DNA of 48,525 bases, counting the filler, from Ionaspis alba (lineage: Eukaryota): NCBI GenBank assembly GCA_964255285.1. It is 2 parts of 2 records of this genome, joined end to end, with 100 filler letters (N's around TTAATTAATTAA, not from the genome) between each part and the next. Parts side by side here need not be neighbours in the genome. Positions count along the whole stretch, not along the records: positions 1 to 24,239 come from CAXUUL010000174.1; positions 24,340 to 48,525 come from CAXUUL010000175.1. One strand, given 5' to 3'. Within the stretch, counting starts at the first letter, position 1; each line of letters opens with the position of its first letter. A program made the position numbers and the translations under genes. The notes under the pieces were generated by a model. The model ran no database searches and had not been told where the DNA came from. It saw only the letters and a program-made list of their open reading frames with translations. Shown here piece after piece: positions 13,009-25,795 of the stretch.

Positions 13009-15926
13009 ATGTTTGGCAGCCAATGCTTTTGTCTCCCCCTCCTGGGCCTTGCTGGACCCGACACTCTGGTCGTGCAGTGCAGCCCACCTCATTCTCCCTC
13101 TCCCCCTACCGTTCCCCCCCTCCTTTGGCCCCCAGCAGATATACAGCGCGCAGGCAGTTACGAGGCCCAGCATTATTGCTTGCTTGAGAACGCCTCAAAG
13201 ATTGGTATTATGTGCATGATGAACCATGAACTGAAACCCGTGCTTAGCGCTCCTGCACTCGTTCGAATATCCACTCCAGAGCGAAAGCGACTGCGAGTCA
13301 TTGGATCAGCCTCGGGCTTTTTCCTCCCATCCGCCCTTCGAGAACGAGGGGTCGACCTTTCGGCCTGACGTCTACACCACCCTCAACCAGTCGACCTTAC
13401 ACCCGCTACCCCTACCTTCCGTCAACGGTCTTGATTACAGACCACAGGCCACGATCCCGGGCGGCGGCGGCGGCGGCGGCCATGATGCATCGTAAGTGCC
13501 TGTCTCTGCGTTCCGACCTAGCTTGCGGCGTTCTCGAAATCCTGATGCAAGCCATTTTGCCTTACCGGCCCTCGCATCGCCTACTTTTCTTCACCGATAT
13601 GATCACGTTGTCCCACGCTTTTTCTGTGTACGGTTGTCAACCGATCATTGGCACCAGCAACCTATAATGCCAACCCGTCCTCTCGAGCCCCCTCCTTTTT
13701 GTATGTTGCACAAACGCATCCGGCAGTGTGGATCGTGCCATTGATCACAAGATGATTGTAGCACATTTCTCTATGCATGGGTCATTATTCAGCCGTTCGA
13801 TCGCCGTCAACTCGCTCGGAAGCACATTTCTATCTGAAGCTACCTGGAAGCGCTAGCAAGGGAGAGTTGCTAATCCGATAGATGAGGTGATAGGTTCCAG
13901 CCTGGTCCTGGAATATCCATGAGTCCATTAACTTCGAGTCGCGGCTCCTCGTCCACTAGTCCCAGTTCAGCCGCGTCCTCCTTCGCATTCATACCTCAGA
14001 ACCCGTATCACCCAAGTGCGAATGTATCGTATCACCTGGGTGGCTATTCGACCGCAGCTTCGTCCCTATATTCGCCGAGCGTGAACTATTCGCAGTTCGT
14101 GCAAGGACCGCTAGAGATTAGGTCTCGGTTATCAGCTATGTGTGTTGCCTTCTCGCAGTTTTCCCATTTCGTGACACTCTAGGAATGCCCTCCTCTAATT
14201 CGCATCGTCGAGAGCTAGACCTTCGGCCACGGGCATGCCGCCACCCTCACGATCGTCGACCAACACTAGTCCAGTGTCACCACTCGGGGCCAGCACCGCA
14301 CGGGACAATTATTCCACGTCCATACCTCATACGACACGGCACACCTTTTCCCATCACGGTAGTATCCATCATATTTCCACTTCGCCTCATTCGCCATTAT
14401 CAACCATGTCCAGGAGCATCGACTCCTCTGTCAGCCGCGAATCTCCGTCTTCAGGCCATTCCCTTCATCTAGCGACGACCCCAATGCAATTAGATACCGG
14501 CGCCACGTACTCCTTGGGCTCCCAGCCTGTGCCACCTTTCGAAGAGACGAAACCATTCTATTCCATCTGTGACGCCTCAGGTACTCCTATCCATCCCGAG
14601 ATCCAGGCCAAGATCGACAAAGGATTCTTCAAATCCGAAGAGAACTGGACGTGCTACCGTCGTAACTACTTCTCCGTGGCGTGCTGTTATAGCCTCAAAC
14701 CTGACGTGGATCCTTTGAGTGAGCCACTCTTCCTAAGTCGGAACAATGCGAATAGGGAACAAATCCGATCCTTCTCTATCTGCATCACAGCCAAGGTTGA
14801 TGGCGAAGATGGAAAGCAAATCGATCTTGTCCAACATACACCCAAGCGAGACAAAGGTCCGATGTGCCAGCCAGAAATGACTGACCTGCTCCCTCACCCT
14901 TCGGGAAATTTCGGTATGTTTCCTGGTACTGCTTCTGGATTTAGTTCCGGCTCCCAGTTATCACCGGATTTTGAACAAGCTCAATACGCTGGCTCGGCCC
15001 AGAGTCAGAATATTGCAACCTTCGAACGAATACAATTCAAGAAAGCTACGGCTAATAACGGGAAGCGAAGGGCAGCCCAGCAGTACTTTCACATCGTGGT
15101 CGAACTCTTCGCGAAAGTTCCGCGAGGAAAATCATCGGAACTCACGCCTGTCATGATCGCTCACAGAGTCTCTGCTCCTATGGTAGTTCGTGGAAGATCT
15201 CCGGGGCATTATCAGGATGAACGCCGTGGAAGCTCGACGAGCATGGGCCCGGGTGGTGGTGGAGGCGGATCCAATGGCGAGGGAGGCCCAGGGAATAGGG
15301 AATCAGGCTCTGGTGGACCATCTGGAGAATCGCACAGTAGCATGTCCGGTCTGTCATACTCTAGCTCCGGTCGCATTGGAAGCGGAGGAGCCTATCAGGT
15401 ACACCAGCTGTCTCTGGCACAATCGCCATCAGGCAGCCATTCCGTGCCTTCATCTTCGACATCATCAAGCCTGGGAAGCACGGGTCCAGCTTTCGTCGAT
15501 AGATCTTCGGATCCCGTTCTTACATTGGAGGAGGCCACGCATATCGAGGAGTACCCGGGATACCAGTACTACCCAAGCACACTATTTGAGAACCAAGTCA
15601 GCTCAGTACAATCGCGACCCAGTCTACCTCCTGTTCGCACGGCATCATTCAAGCATGAGTCCCAGCCCTCGAGCCAAGAGACTACTTTTCGATACAGCGC
15701 AGTATCACCTCGAACTCAAACCCCTCAATATTCATCAGGGGATCCTCGGAAGACGGACCTACCACGTACTTCTTCGCACAGTCACCAAGCAAATCAGCCA
15801 TCCAGCCACGGCAGTAATTGGTACACTGGCCAATCGAGTGCTCCGGCAGTCAGTCCAAGAGATTGCAGACGATTCCAGGGCATGGAAACGAGCAAGGGCT
15901 TCTATCCAGCTATGCCGGCGCTGTGA
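13009..15926 (+). CDS. Ndt80/PhoG-like DNA-binding transcription factor (probably VIB-1/XprG-type rather than meiotic Ndt80)
   Basis: Main exon 14219-15926 has KGFF..NWTCYRRNYFSV, LVQHTPKRDKGP, FERIQFKKATANNGKRRAAQQY and PMVVRGRSPGHY. Frame-consistent upstream exons are 13894-14139, 13248-13491 (GTAAGT donor at 13492) and, tentatively, 13009-13204. The 5' end is uncertain. Confidence 0.9.
13460..13480 (+). repeat. (GGC)7 microsatellite encoding poly-Gly in a predicted upstream exon of the Ndt80-family gene
   Basis: ggcggcggcggcggcggcggc read directly from the sequence. Confidence 0.85.
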
Positions 15927-17462
15927 ATGCGCAAGGTATCTACATGAATTGTGCTTCAGCCATGCCCTGCTGAGATCTCGATCTCAAGCCTATCCTTCCG
16001 AAACACGACGCATACCTATTCAGAAGCGACGAAAACGAAGCGGAACTTCGAATCTGGTATCTAAATAATAGTGACGTCTTCATCCCGTTGTCGTTACATT
16101 AGAGCAGGAGTGCTCGATGCACTGCTCCTTGCCTCTACGCTGCACACCTTTCTTTCGGGTACCCTCGAGACAGAAAGGCAACCACGAACACTCATTCACT
16201 TCATGTCGCGAAAATCATACATCTATTTTAATATCACTCTTGCTTTTCTTTCCGGCGTTTGGGATTGCGGATGATTACGGGAACCTACGGGTATCTTCCG
16301 GCGAAAAAGGGAAAGGACAACAGACATGGAAGGGAGGAAAATTGGGTACGGCTCTGCAACGGACATTGTGTCGGCGCTCTATACCTCAGGTAAGGAAAGG
16401 AACAAATTGGATAGCACTGGAATTTGCAATCGGGATTCGAGCGGTTGGCGCACCGGCGTTCCCGTAAGATGCAACGAACACGACTGGTCAAGTATCTGGG
16501 AGCCTTGGTCATGGAATAGGAACTTGAATTGGGTCCCAGAGGATTGACAGCATTTGAACCTCAGAAAACGGGGTATAGTTGGAGTGGTAGAAGGGGGAAA
16601 TGGGACATTCTTTGGAGGGAGCGGCATTTTGTCTTGGCCGGGAGCGAAGTAGACTTTTTAGGGTTTTAGAACGGCTGGAATAGATATCTTGGATCGATGA
16701 CTTTCTTCATGATCTCACTCTCTACTCTCAAGAAGATACCATGACGTGCTACGAGAGAAGCTTGATAAAAAATGCGTGATGACATGAATCGGTGACTCGA
16801 GTATATATATGCTGCGGCCGTGATTGATTCTTGGAGATCTGGACTGACCGTCATCGAGTGGAGACATGCCGCAGCATTCCCTCGACTTGCTGACATAGCT
16901 GATGCATTTTGAGCCAGACTACCCTCTCTTCATGGATATATTGACCGTTTTCTATCGACTTGAGGTTAATGTCAAAATGAGTGTCAAGCGGCAATGATGG
17001 CTTGATAGGCCAAGAGTTGTTGCTCTCGCACTCTCGCGTAGGCAAGGGCAGAAAAAAGCGCCCCTCACCACTCGGACGAGGCCAAGCGTCATCATCGTCA
17101 AGCTCCAACTTGCTTCCCTCCCTGCCACTTCACCGGCCATCATATTGCAACCTCTTCGCTCCATAACCAATATGGACTCACTCCGCCATCACGCTGAACA
17201 TTAAATAGAACTTTATGCCAATCTACTTAGCTCTCAGCCTGCCTTTAGAAATTAGGAACAACCACTGAGCTCGCCTAATTACTCTCAGCCGTCCCACAAA
17301 GACGTATTCTTACGCTGAACAATCATCTATCGCCATCGCAATCAACCTCCTCTCAACTCACAAATCGGCTTGCGTTGTCTACGCACCAACTTCCTCGATA
17401 ATTCAGTCAGCAAGAATCGCCGTCTTGTAGCAAGTCTTCCTACCACTGAACTCCAGGCTCCA

Positions 17463-19087
17463 ATGTCACGCTTTGGTGGTTACGGTGATCCACGTGGAGG
17501 AGGAGGTGGAGGCGGCGGCGGCGGCCGCTGGGATCCCGAACGCTTCAGTCGCGAACGAGAAAGAGTCGAACGTCTCCGCGGTCCACCAGTCATTGAGCGC
17601 GACCGATTCGAAGAGCACGAACGTTACGAAGCTCCACGTCGCCGCGATCACTCAGCCGATGCATTCTACTATGGCGGACGCCAAGCCCCTACCCGCTACG
17701 AAGAGCAAGACCGCTATATCTTCGAGGAGAAGTTTTCACAGCCGATAGCCAGGCGCCCGAAAGGTGGTCCGGGCAGGTATTATGATGAAGATGTGGATAG
17801 TTTCGATGATAGTCCTTCAAGAGGCGGGCAGATGGTGCCGTTCGAGAGAAGAAGGGAGAGTGTCGCTGATAGGGGATATGGTCCTCCTTCTATGAGGAGC
17901 CCGCCAAGACCTGGACTATTGAGGAGGCAGAGTTCACTGGATACTTTTGATCGCAAGCCGATGCCGAGATATCCTCCACGTCCCAGGGAGCCGCCAGAGA
18001 CTATTGTCATTCCGTCACGGCCAAGGAGGCGTAGCCCTCCGAGATATGTCGAGAGGGATTTTGAAGAGATTAGGGTTGCGGAGCCGGACTTCTATGGAGA
18101 CGACGAGTATAGAGGCTACCGAGAGAGGGAAATCAGTACCGTCAGAAAAAGACGTGCAGATAGCGAAGTCAGGGAGAGGGAAGTCTACGAGGAAAGAGAG
18201 GAGATAGTTGAAAGGGAGTTCCCGAGACGTGGGAAAACGAGGATGCCTATGCGACTGGTAAATCGGCGAGCTGTCATTGAACTCGGTTATCCCTATGAAG
18301 AAGAGGTTTGTCATTTACGTCTTTATTGATATAAGGCCTCCCAGTTGATGTTTGATAGGGCGATACTCTGATCATCTTGAAAGCTCTTGGTAAGGATCAT
18401 ATCGACGAGGTCATCAGGATCAGTCGTGAAATGAATGCAGCTGGCTCAAGTGGAGCAAGAGAAGAAAGTACGTCATTTGAACGCCATTTCTCCTTCAGCG
18501 AAAATGTTCTGTCCATGCCAGAGATTTGCTTGTGCTGATCCACTAAAATAGGTCGAACGACCTACATGATTGAAGCCCCCTCGGCCCCACCTCCACCCCC
18601 TGAGCCGCAAGTGATCGAGCGCCGTACCGAAATCATCCACACCACTGGTTCCCCAGCTCCCGAAGTTCCTCGCTCTGTACGCGATTGGGACGCACACTCG
18701 AAGCGTAGCGAGCGCCACCGTTCGCCTTCACCTTCCCATGCCTCGCACCGTCACCACTCCCACTCACCGTCACCCCGCCGTGAGATCATCATCGACGACG
18801 GCCGCGAGGAATCCGCCAGCGTCCATCACGGTCCAATCACAGCGCTTGTCATCCCAGATCAGCACCGCCGTGACGAGCGCAGCATCAAAGCTGAGATCCG
18901 GGCCCTGGAAGCGGAGAAGAAAGCCCTCAAGCGAGAGAGGGAGATGGAGAAGGAGTACCGCAAGGCGGATCGGTACCGCGAAGGCGGTGGGGAGGTCATC
19001 ATCGAGAGGGTCGTGAAGGAAAGAGACAAGGACGTGGTGAAGATTGAGAAGGATAAGAAAGGTAGGATGAGCTTTGTTCGGTCATAG
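17463..19087 (+). CDS. Conserved fungal hypothetical Arg/Glu/Pro-rich protein
   Basis: Exons 17463-18305, 18359-18467, 18552-19087 join in frame. Blocks RPGLLRRQSSLDTFDR and FPRRGKTRMPMRLVNRRAVIELGYPYEEE|GDTLIILKALGKDHIDEVIRISRE resemble a recurrent uncharacterised Pezizomycotina family. Confidence 0.85.
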
Positions 19088-19821
19088 GGGAGGAAGAGGG
19101 GGCTGATAATTCTTTCTTCCTGCTAGCTCCGGATCCGAGGATCATTCGTGCCATGCTGGCTACGCTTACTTGAGGCCGTTTACGATGCGGGCCGACTTCG
19201 GATACACTCTTTTCGACTGTTCTGCACGAAGAACGGCCACACTCCAATATTGTGGCAATCATTCAGCACCTGTCGCTATAAAATTGGTAACTGCAGTAGT
19301 ATTACGACTACTCTCGTGGAATGGATATTTTGACCACTTTCGATCCGAGAATTTTTGAACATTTGATGAGCAGCACGTGGAGGGTCTGACAATTTTCTTT
19401 CTGTACTTCTCCATGCTGAATATTGGGGTTTCCTATTCCCTTGGTGGTCAGTTTGGGAGTATCTAAGCGTGCGAATCTTGTGAATCTGATCCATGATAGA
19501 TATGCCCTTCATAGTTACGAATCTCCTTGTCTCTCAGTCTCTTGAGCAACGTCCAACGTGACAAGAACGAGGGAAGCTGTGTGCCGTACGCAGTTTCTGT
19601 AGGTGTGCCTTTTTACGTAAACTCCGTGAAGAACCAATGACACCAGCAACAATTGGTAAAAGGCTTTTAAGTTGACTGATATATACTTGACTAACCTTTC
19701 CCTCCGCTTAATCCATGATTCTGCCCTTCATGAGTCTTTTGAGCTGACTCACTCCTAGGGACACCGAAACTGTCCCAGAACCGCATCCAGTACCGTGTAA
19801 CACTCCGAACCCCTATCATTA

Positions 19822-22057
19822 TCAATCCAACCGCTCCTTCCCATCCGCCCAACTAGTCCCCACGCCCGCACAAACCGCGGCATAATCCATAAATAGTTCC
19901 CTATCTCCCACCCCTTCCGTCGTCCAAAACATCGTCCAACCCTCTCCCCTTTCCGTCGGAATCTTCCACATCCCCCTCGCCCGCTCGAAATACCACTTAT
20001 TGACCGGATTTCCCCTGCGACTACGCCACACCACACCTTTCGGGAAACACTCGCGAACCATGGCACTGAAGACGATGTCGGCCACTCCGCCCGCTCCTTG
20101 AGACCGTCTGAGTACAGCGAATTTGTCCAGGTACGGGACAAGACGGGAGGTATGTTCAGGTGTTCCCGGGAGTAGAGTGCTGGGTAGGGAGGGCGGCGTC
20201 TCCCATGTCAGAATTGCAGCGCCTTCGTATTCGCCAGCGATGATAATGCCGGCCAGGGATGTGGATAACCGGGCGAGGTAGTGCTGGACGTCGAGTTTTC
20301 GGCCGAAAGAGTCCTCGATGAGGTGGACGAGTCGCGGAAGGTCGATTCGTGGGTCGGACATTTGCAGTGCAGATGAGGTACTGGAGGGTGCCTCCCAGGG
20401 CGCTTTCTGTGGACTGGGAATAATGGTAACGGGCATGCCTCGTTTGAAAAACGTGGGCGGAGAGGGCGTGTTGTGGAGCAAGGAGTTTGATCCTGATACC
20501 CGAGTCTGTGGGAGCGAGGAAGAAAATATGGGCTTGTCGGTCAGGAGGTTGTGTATCAGTGCGTTCCTTTGACTGCGGGTGCCTACGCCTGGTGTGGACG
20601 GCGTTGTATGTTGCGAGGAGTTGGCGGCCTCCTGAGGGGTAATCAGAATGGCAGAAGATGATGGCGGCAGAATAGCCAGTGTGTTTTTGACAAGCTCCAT
20701 GTTTTCGAGTGCAGCTTCTAGGTGGAGGGTTTGGCGCTGGGACGAGGCCACTGCACTTCTATCATTCACGTTGGGATGAATCAAGTTCTGTGGTTGCACA
20801 TGACTCTTCAGTTCTTCGTATATCGTATGATACTCTTGCTCGAGATTTATGAAGATATGCGGTCTTTGGCCCTTGTCCATCGAAGGAATGCCGCCACTAG
20901 GATCCAGCACGATAACACGATCGAGAGAAATCTGATTCTGTGCAGCATTGATCCTTTCGGCTGTTTCCAATGGATCTTCCTCTGAGGTCGGGCTCTGAAC
21001 AATGCCTGCAAACTCACGTGCTAGAGCAAGGACGACTTCGCTAGCTTCGACCTGCCCTATCTTCTGCCCTTCGATAGTGTAACCAATCGGTGCAATAACT
21101 GGTATGAGGCCCCTTCGAAGAGGGGTGAGGAGTAGCTTCCGATTCGCAATTTGTGTTCTTCCTCGTACTTTCACTGAGTGTGCGAAGTAGTCGTCTAATG
21201 ACATGATCGCAACTACACTGTCCAGTCTTCTAGCTCCATGTTTGCTGTGTAGCTCTATCCCCGCTGCGACTCGATCTGCTTGTTCAAGAGCTTTGTCACG
21301 CCATGCTAGGTTATGCTTGTTCGATGCCGTGTTTTCCTTCTCCTGTTCTGGTCCAGCATCGACCACGACAACACAGCTGAGACCGAGAGTGGTAAGCTGG
21401 GATAGGGTACGACCAATGCCTCTCAAGGTCTCGTCTTCTATCGAGTCTGTAGATCTGAAGTGCACAAGGGCGACGTGAAGAGGACCAGCGAATGGATCGA
21501 CAAATGTCTGGATAGGGGCTATTTGATTGAAGACCGGGCTCTCATCCACAGCTCTTATTGGTAAGAACAGGCTTCCCAGATTGACACCATGGCAGAGATC
21601 CGCCTTCTTATTAGAAACCGCTTTTGGTTGGATATTATTTGCTGCTTTCGGCTTCTTGCTAGGCTCACTGAACCTCGAAAGGTACGACTTCGCCTCTCTT
21701 TTGCTGGAAGTCGAGCTCAGAACGTCGAACAAAAGATGCTGTGACGTATTAATTGATTTCAACTTGACCTCTTCAAATACTCACCCTGTCAGTCAGCTGT
21801 TTTTGGGCAAGCCCCGTAAGTCGCTGGCTCTGCTGTTTGCCCTTTTGTGAGGGAAGAGCTTGATGGCTGTCGGAGTCATTGGATACTAGACTGTTAACTG
21901 AGGAGTATGACTGTAGCTGCCGACCGCATTCGAGAGGAGAGCATAGAAGTTTCTGCCACTTTAGATCAGTATGATCAGTAGCATTGGGCTAAGGGATTCA
22001 GACTGTAGCACTGGCCAAATCCCTGCCTCCAGTCAAGGCCAAACTCGGCGATTTCAT
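19822..22057 (-). CDS. ARG2: Mitochondrial amino-acid N-acetyltransferase (N-acetylglutamate synthase)
   Basis: KREAKSYLSRF, NALIHNLLTDKP.FSSSLP, YLDKFAVLRRSQGAGGVADIVFSAM and WRSRRGNPVNKWYFERARG motifs. Two short 5' introns; the inferred start is ATG 22057 (MKSPSLALTG...) and that N-terminus is tentative. Confidence 0.93.
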
Positions 22058-22723
22058 GTCTCATCCTTCGCTGGGAAGGATGTTTCTGACGGATAATACC
22101 AATGCATGAAAGAAAGACAGCTCTAGCTTAATTGAAGCGGGCAGAGACAAGCATACGCAGCAAAACTCGAAGCAATTGCGGAAGAGAAATCAAGAAATGC
22201 TGCAGGCGTGTGACTCGTAAGAACCGAAATCCGGGGAAAATATGCCAAGCAATGGATAAGAAGGTCGTGGCGAGAGCGATACCGGTAGTCGCTGTGTTAG
22301 CGCGGACGATGGTCCTTCTTCACTATATTGATCCACTAGAATTGAAACGTCGCTGTAATCTTAGGAAAAGGCGCCCCACCCGAGTAAATTGCTTCTATAT
22401 AGCCGTTGTCGAGCGGCACCACGAGTCCTTGTCTTCGACGACAATTGAAGGAATTCTCCGAAGAATACTGTATGAACGCTAGTTATAGCGCCTACAGATC
22501 GGAGCATTCTAGAGACTAAACGCGAGGCGCATATTTCGTGCCGGTAATTCCGACTTTAAAATATGTCAGATAATGGTGATGCTTATAGAGCAGCAACGTC
22601 ATATCGTCAACGAGGAAAGTGGAGCATCTATTTGGATTGCAATTGCACGGAATTCCCTTTTTTTCTTTCTGAATTCTAAGTAAAGCTATAGATGCGCATC
22701 ACAAAGTGGTCCATCACAGAAAC

Positions 22724-23823
22724 ATGGCACCTCAATTAGCATGGATAGGTCTCGGTAATATGGGCCGAGTACGCTACGAATATAGTAATCATCAATTGCA
22801 TGATGGTGACTGAACTTCAATTAGGGCATGTGCAAGAATCTTGTGGAGAAAGGCAACCTCGATAAACCCTTGATCATTTTCAACCGAACCATCAAGAAAG
22901 CCACAGATTTCGAAGCCAAGCTGCCACAAGGCAAGTCGAAAGTCGCTAAGTCGTTGGGTGAAGCAATAGCAGAGGCAGGAATCATCTTCACCTGTCTCGG
23001 TGATGATGCAGCAATCACGGATACCATAGAATCAGCCGTGAAAGTTGATGTCAAGGGAAAGCTCTTTGTTGACTGCTCGACGGTTCATCCGGACACAACC
23101 AATGCTTTGAACAAGACAGTATCTGAGAAGGGTGCTCATTTCGTAGCATGTCCAGGTATGTGACAGCTAGGTGTAAGCCCATGGATACAAAGCATACTGA
23201 GAAGTCCATCGCACAGTCTTCGGTGCTCCAGCCATGGCTGAGAACGGGCAACTTGTCTGTGTTCTCGCTGGTCCGGCAGCAGACGTGGAGAGAGTCAAGC
23301 CTTACTGCAAAGGTGTGATAGGCCGTGCAAATATCGATTTCAGCGATCAGGAGCCTGGTAAAGCAACACTTCTGAAAGTTATCGGCAACACCTTCATTCT
23401 CAACATGATCGAGACCTTGTCCGAGGGCCATACCATAGCTGAGAAGAGTGGACTGGGCAACGACAACCTACATCAGTTCATCGAAACCATGTTTCCAGGC
23501 CCATATGCAGCATACTCTGGACGCATGATGAGCGGAGACTACTACAAGCGTGATGAGGTATGAAAAAGTCAAGAATTCAGGAACCCAGAATCGACAGAAG
23601 CTGACTGGAGAAGCCCCTGTTCGGAGTCGACCTGGCCCGAAAAGATGCTAAGCACGCCCTGAGTCTTGCAAGAGCAGCAGGAACAAAGATGAAGGATGTC
23701 GAAGTGGCTGATGGTCATCTCGCAGATATTCAGAAGCATATGGGGTCGAAAGGTGATATTGCAGGAATATATGGAGCAGTAAGACAAGAGGCTGGACTTC
23801 CATTCGAGAACCAACAATCGTGA
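22724..23823 (+). CDS. NAD(P)-dependent beta-hydroxyacid dehydrogenase (3-hydroxyisobutyrate/6-phosphogluconate dehydrogenase NAD-binding family)
   Basis: Exons 22724-22768, 22825-23155, 23217-23557, 23614-23823. WIGLGNMG Rossmann motif, FNRT, VDCSTVHP, ACPVFG, LLKVIGN and LARKDAKH. Confidence 0.92.
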
Positions 23824-23985
23824 GAGGTAGCTTGATCTAGCCACAGTAGGAAGGGTGTAAAACAAGAATATTGATAGTTCTCTACGCCACGATGGGCATC
23901 TCTCGAACGTTGTATTCCCTCGATCAAGATCTGGTGAAAGAAATCTACTTTAACGCGAGCAAAATCACTTTGAAGGATTAGCTAT

Positions 23986-24239
23986 CTAAGCCAGATGAAG
24001 TGATTCCGATTCTTCGCGATTCCATGCTTGAGATGACTTACTAACAGCGGATCGGGGACTCAGTGGTCGCCTCCGTTCACCCCGGTTTCTGCCCAAAATG
24101 GCTAGTGCACGATTTGCCGCACGTCCACTATCAAAAGTTTCTAAAACATCTGAATCCTCGACAAGTACAGCAAGACAAACACACCCATAGCCATCATGTC
24201 TAAGATAGCAAAGTAGGTGTTCTAAAGTCTCCCCCACTC
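23986..24239 (-). CDS. Possible 3' end of a gene cut by the assembly gap
   Basis: Frame is open from the contig edge to stop 23986 (...DSDVLETFDSGRAANRALAILGRNRGERRRPLSPRSAVSKSSQAWNREESESLHLA). No domain recognised. Confidence 0.3.
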
Positions 24240-24339
24240 NNNNNNNNNNNNNNNNNNNNNNNNNNNNNNNNNNNNNNNNNNNNTTAATTAATTAANNNNN
24301 NNNNNNNNNNNNNNNNNNNNNNNNNNNNNNNNNNNNNNN
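24240..24339. other. Artificial 100-bp contig spacer: 44 N + TTAATTAATTAA + 44 N
   Basis: TTAATTAATTAA at 24284-24295 gives stops in all six frames and is symmetrically padded by N, as expected of an assembly linker. Confidence 0.95.
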
Positions 24340-24600
24340 AATTAAATATTATATAAATAAACGTTTAACTACAGTTTTTTATTTTTTATTTTATTTTATA
24401 TTTTATATTTATATTTTATTATAAAATTCAAAAATATTGGCTATCTATTTTAATTTGTAATTAATAAGGTTTAGCTACCTCTTGCTCGACATTGACATTT
24501 TTAAAATATTTATTTTATAACTATAAATTTTTTAAAAAATATATATTATTAATAGGCTTCTACCTTGTTTATCAGGAAAATAATGAACGGTTTTAACGAT
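24340..24600. repeat. Extremely AT-rich tract, probably a RIP-degraded repeat or transposon relic at a contig end
   Basis: Long T/A runs, abundant TpA and very few G/C, grading back to normal composition by ~24.9 kb. Confidence 0.6.
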
Positions 24601-25253
24601 AGTAATAGCAGTAGTTGAAAGTTGTAGTGAGAGTAACGTATTAATGGGAACTGCAGCTATATTCGTGATCCTTGGTTGCAGAAAAGGTGCGACAACGATT
24701 GTTCAAGTTGCGCGCCCTAGTTCAATAGCTTTAAAATGTTGATAAGGGCGCTAGTTTATTTTCAGTAGATACACTCCGATCTACCGAGCAAATGGGCGAC
24801 TACTAGTACCTAAGGTTTTTTAATCTTGGCAACGCTGAAGTAACTTACTCTTTTAAATCTATCTGCTCCCACATTCCGATTTATATTGGCATCTTTCACT
24901 GCTCCTTCAGCATGGACTTGGACCATTTCAATGCCACAAACGAAGACATTGTGGATTGGTGCCGCTCAAATAAATGAAGTTTGTCGTCACACCTTGCAGA
25001 TGACCGTTCAGTAGTCACGCCAACCTTGAACCTCCTTCTTAGAACCTGCGAATCACTGGCGGGGAAGATGTGTTTTATCTTCCAAATGCAATTCATCCAA
25101 GGTACCAACCTGTCAGCAGTTCCACCTGAAGAATGATCGCAATATTGTGACAAGCTTGCTCGAGCAACATATGAAAGGTTTCTTCTCAAAATTAAGATAC
25201 CTCGTCCTACAGATGGTGGTGAGCCGCTCGGCAATATCTAGGCTCCTCAATAC

Positions 25254-25496
25254 CCGTTGGCGACCAATGGCGCGGTATGATTCAATAACGCATTCGTTGC
25301 AGGGCCGTGGTGGTCATGTGCGAGAGTTTGTACGGTTGATCCAGCGAGGCTGCCCAGCAGCATAGCTGAAAGCTGCTCTGGAGAACCACGAGGCTGAGAG
25401 GAGTGTGGTGGCGGTCGACGTAGGGCGAGGCAGATGGTGCAAGAAGTGTGAGGCCATCAAGCCGCCTCCTGCACACCACTGCCGACAACGCGGACG
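25254..25496 (+). pseudogene. PFA4: Degenerate fragment of a Pfa4-type DHHC palmitoyltransferase
   Basis: Reads PLATNGAV*FNNAFVAGPWWSCARVCTVDPARLP, then after a +1 frameshift AA*LKAALENHEAERSVVAVDVGRGRWCKKCEAIKPPPAHHCRQRGR, ending at a GTGAGT donor (25497). This resembles the Pfa4 WFN...YARAC.TDPG and RWCKKC...KPPRAHHC segments. No downstream DHHC exon was seen. Confidence 0.75.
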
Positions 25497-25795
25497 GTGA
25501 GTCTCCTCATGACCCTACCAATCGTCCTCCATGTGGAAGAAGGCAGAGTTGGTGTCCATGGGGTTGATGGGAAAACCCCATCGTTCTGATCTTGTTGCGA
25601 AACCTACGTACTTCGTATCTCTGGCCACATTAACGAGCAAGAAGTCCCATATCCATAGACGTGGACATTCTGCATAAGATAATGATTGGGTTATGGGGTT
25701 TCTCATCTAATATATGATGGTTTTTGACTCTTCTAAATTTGAAACAAACGAAATGCACGATATGTGCGCGTCTTGGCCATTAAACTGCTCTGCTA

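Noticed and set aside
15190..16068. 292-aa alternative-frame ORF overlapping the Ndt80-family gene
   Set aside because: Shadow frame of Ser/Gly-rich coding sequence with a non-ATG start.
24284..24295. TTAATTAATTAA as a piggyBac TTAA target or biological palindrome
   Set aside because: Symmetrically embedded in N padding, so it is an assembly linker.
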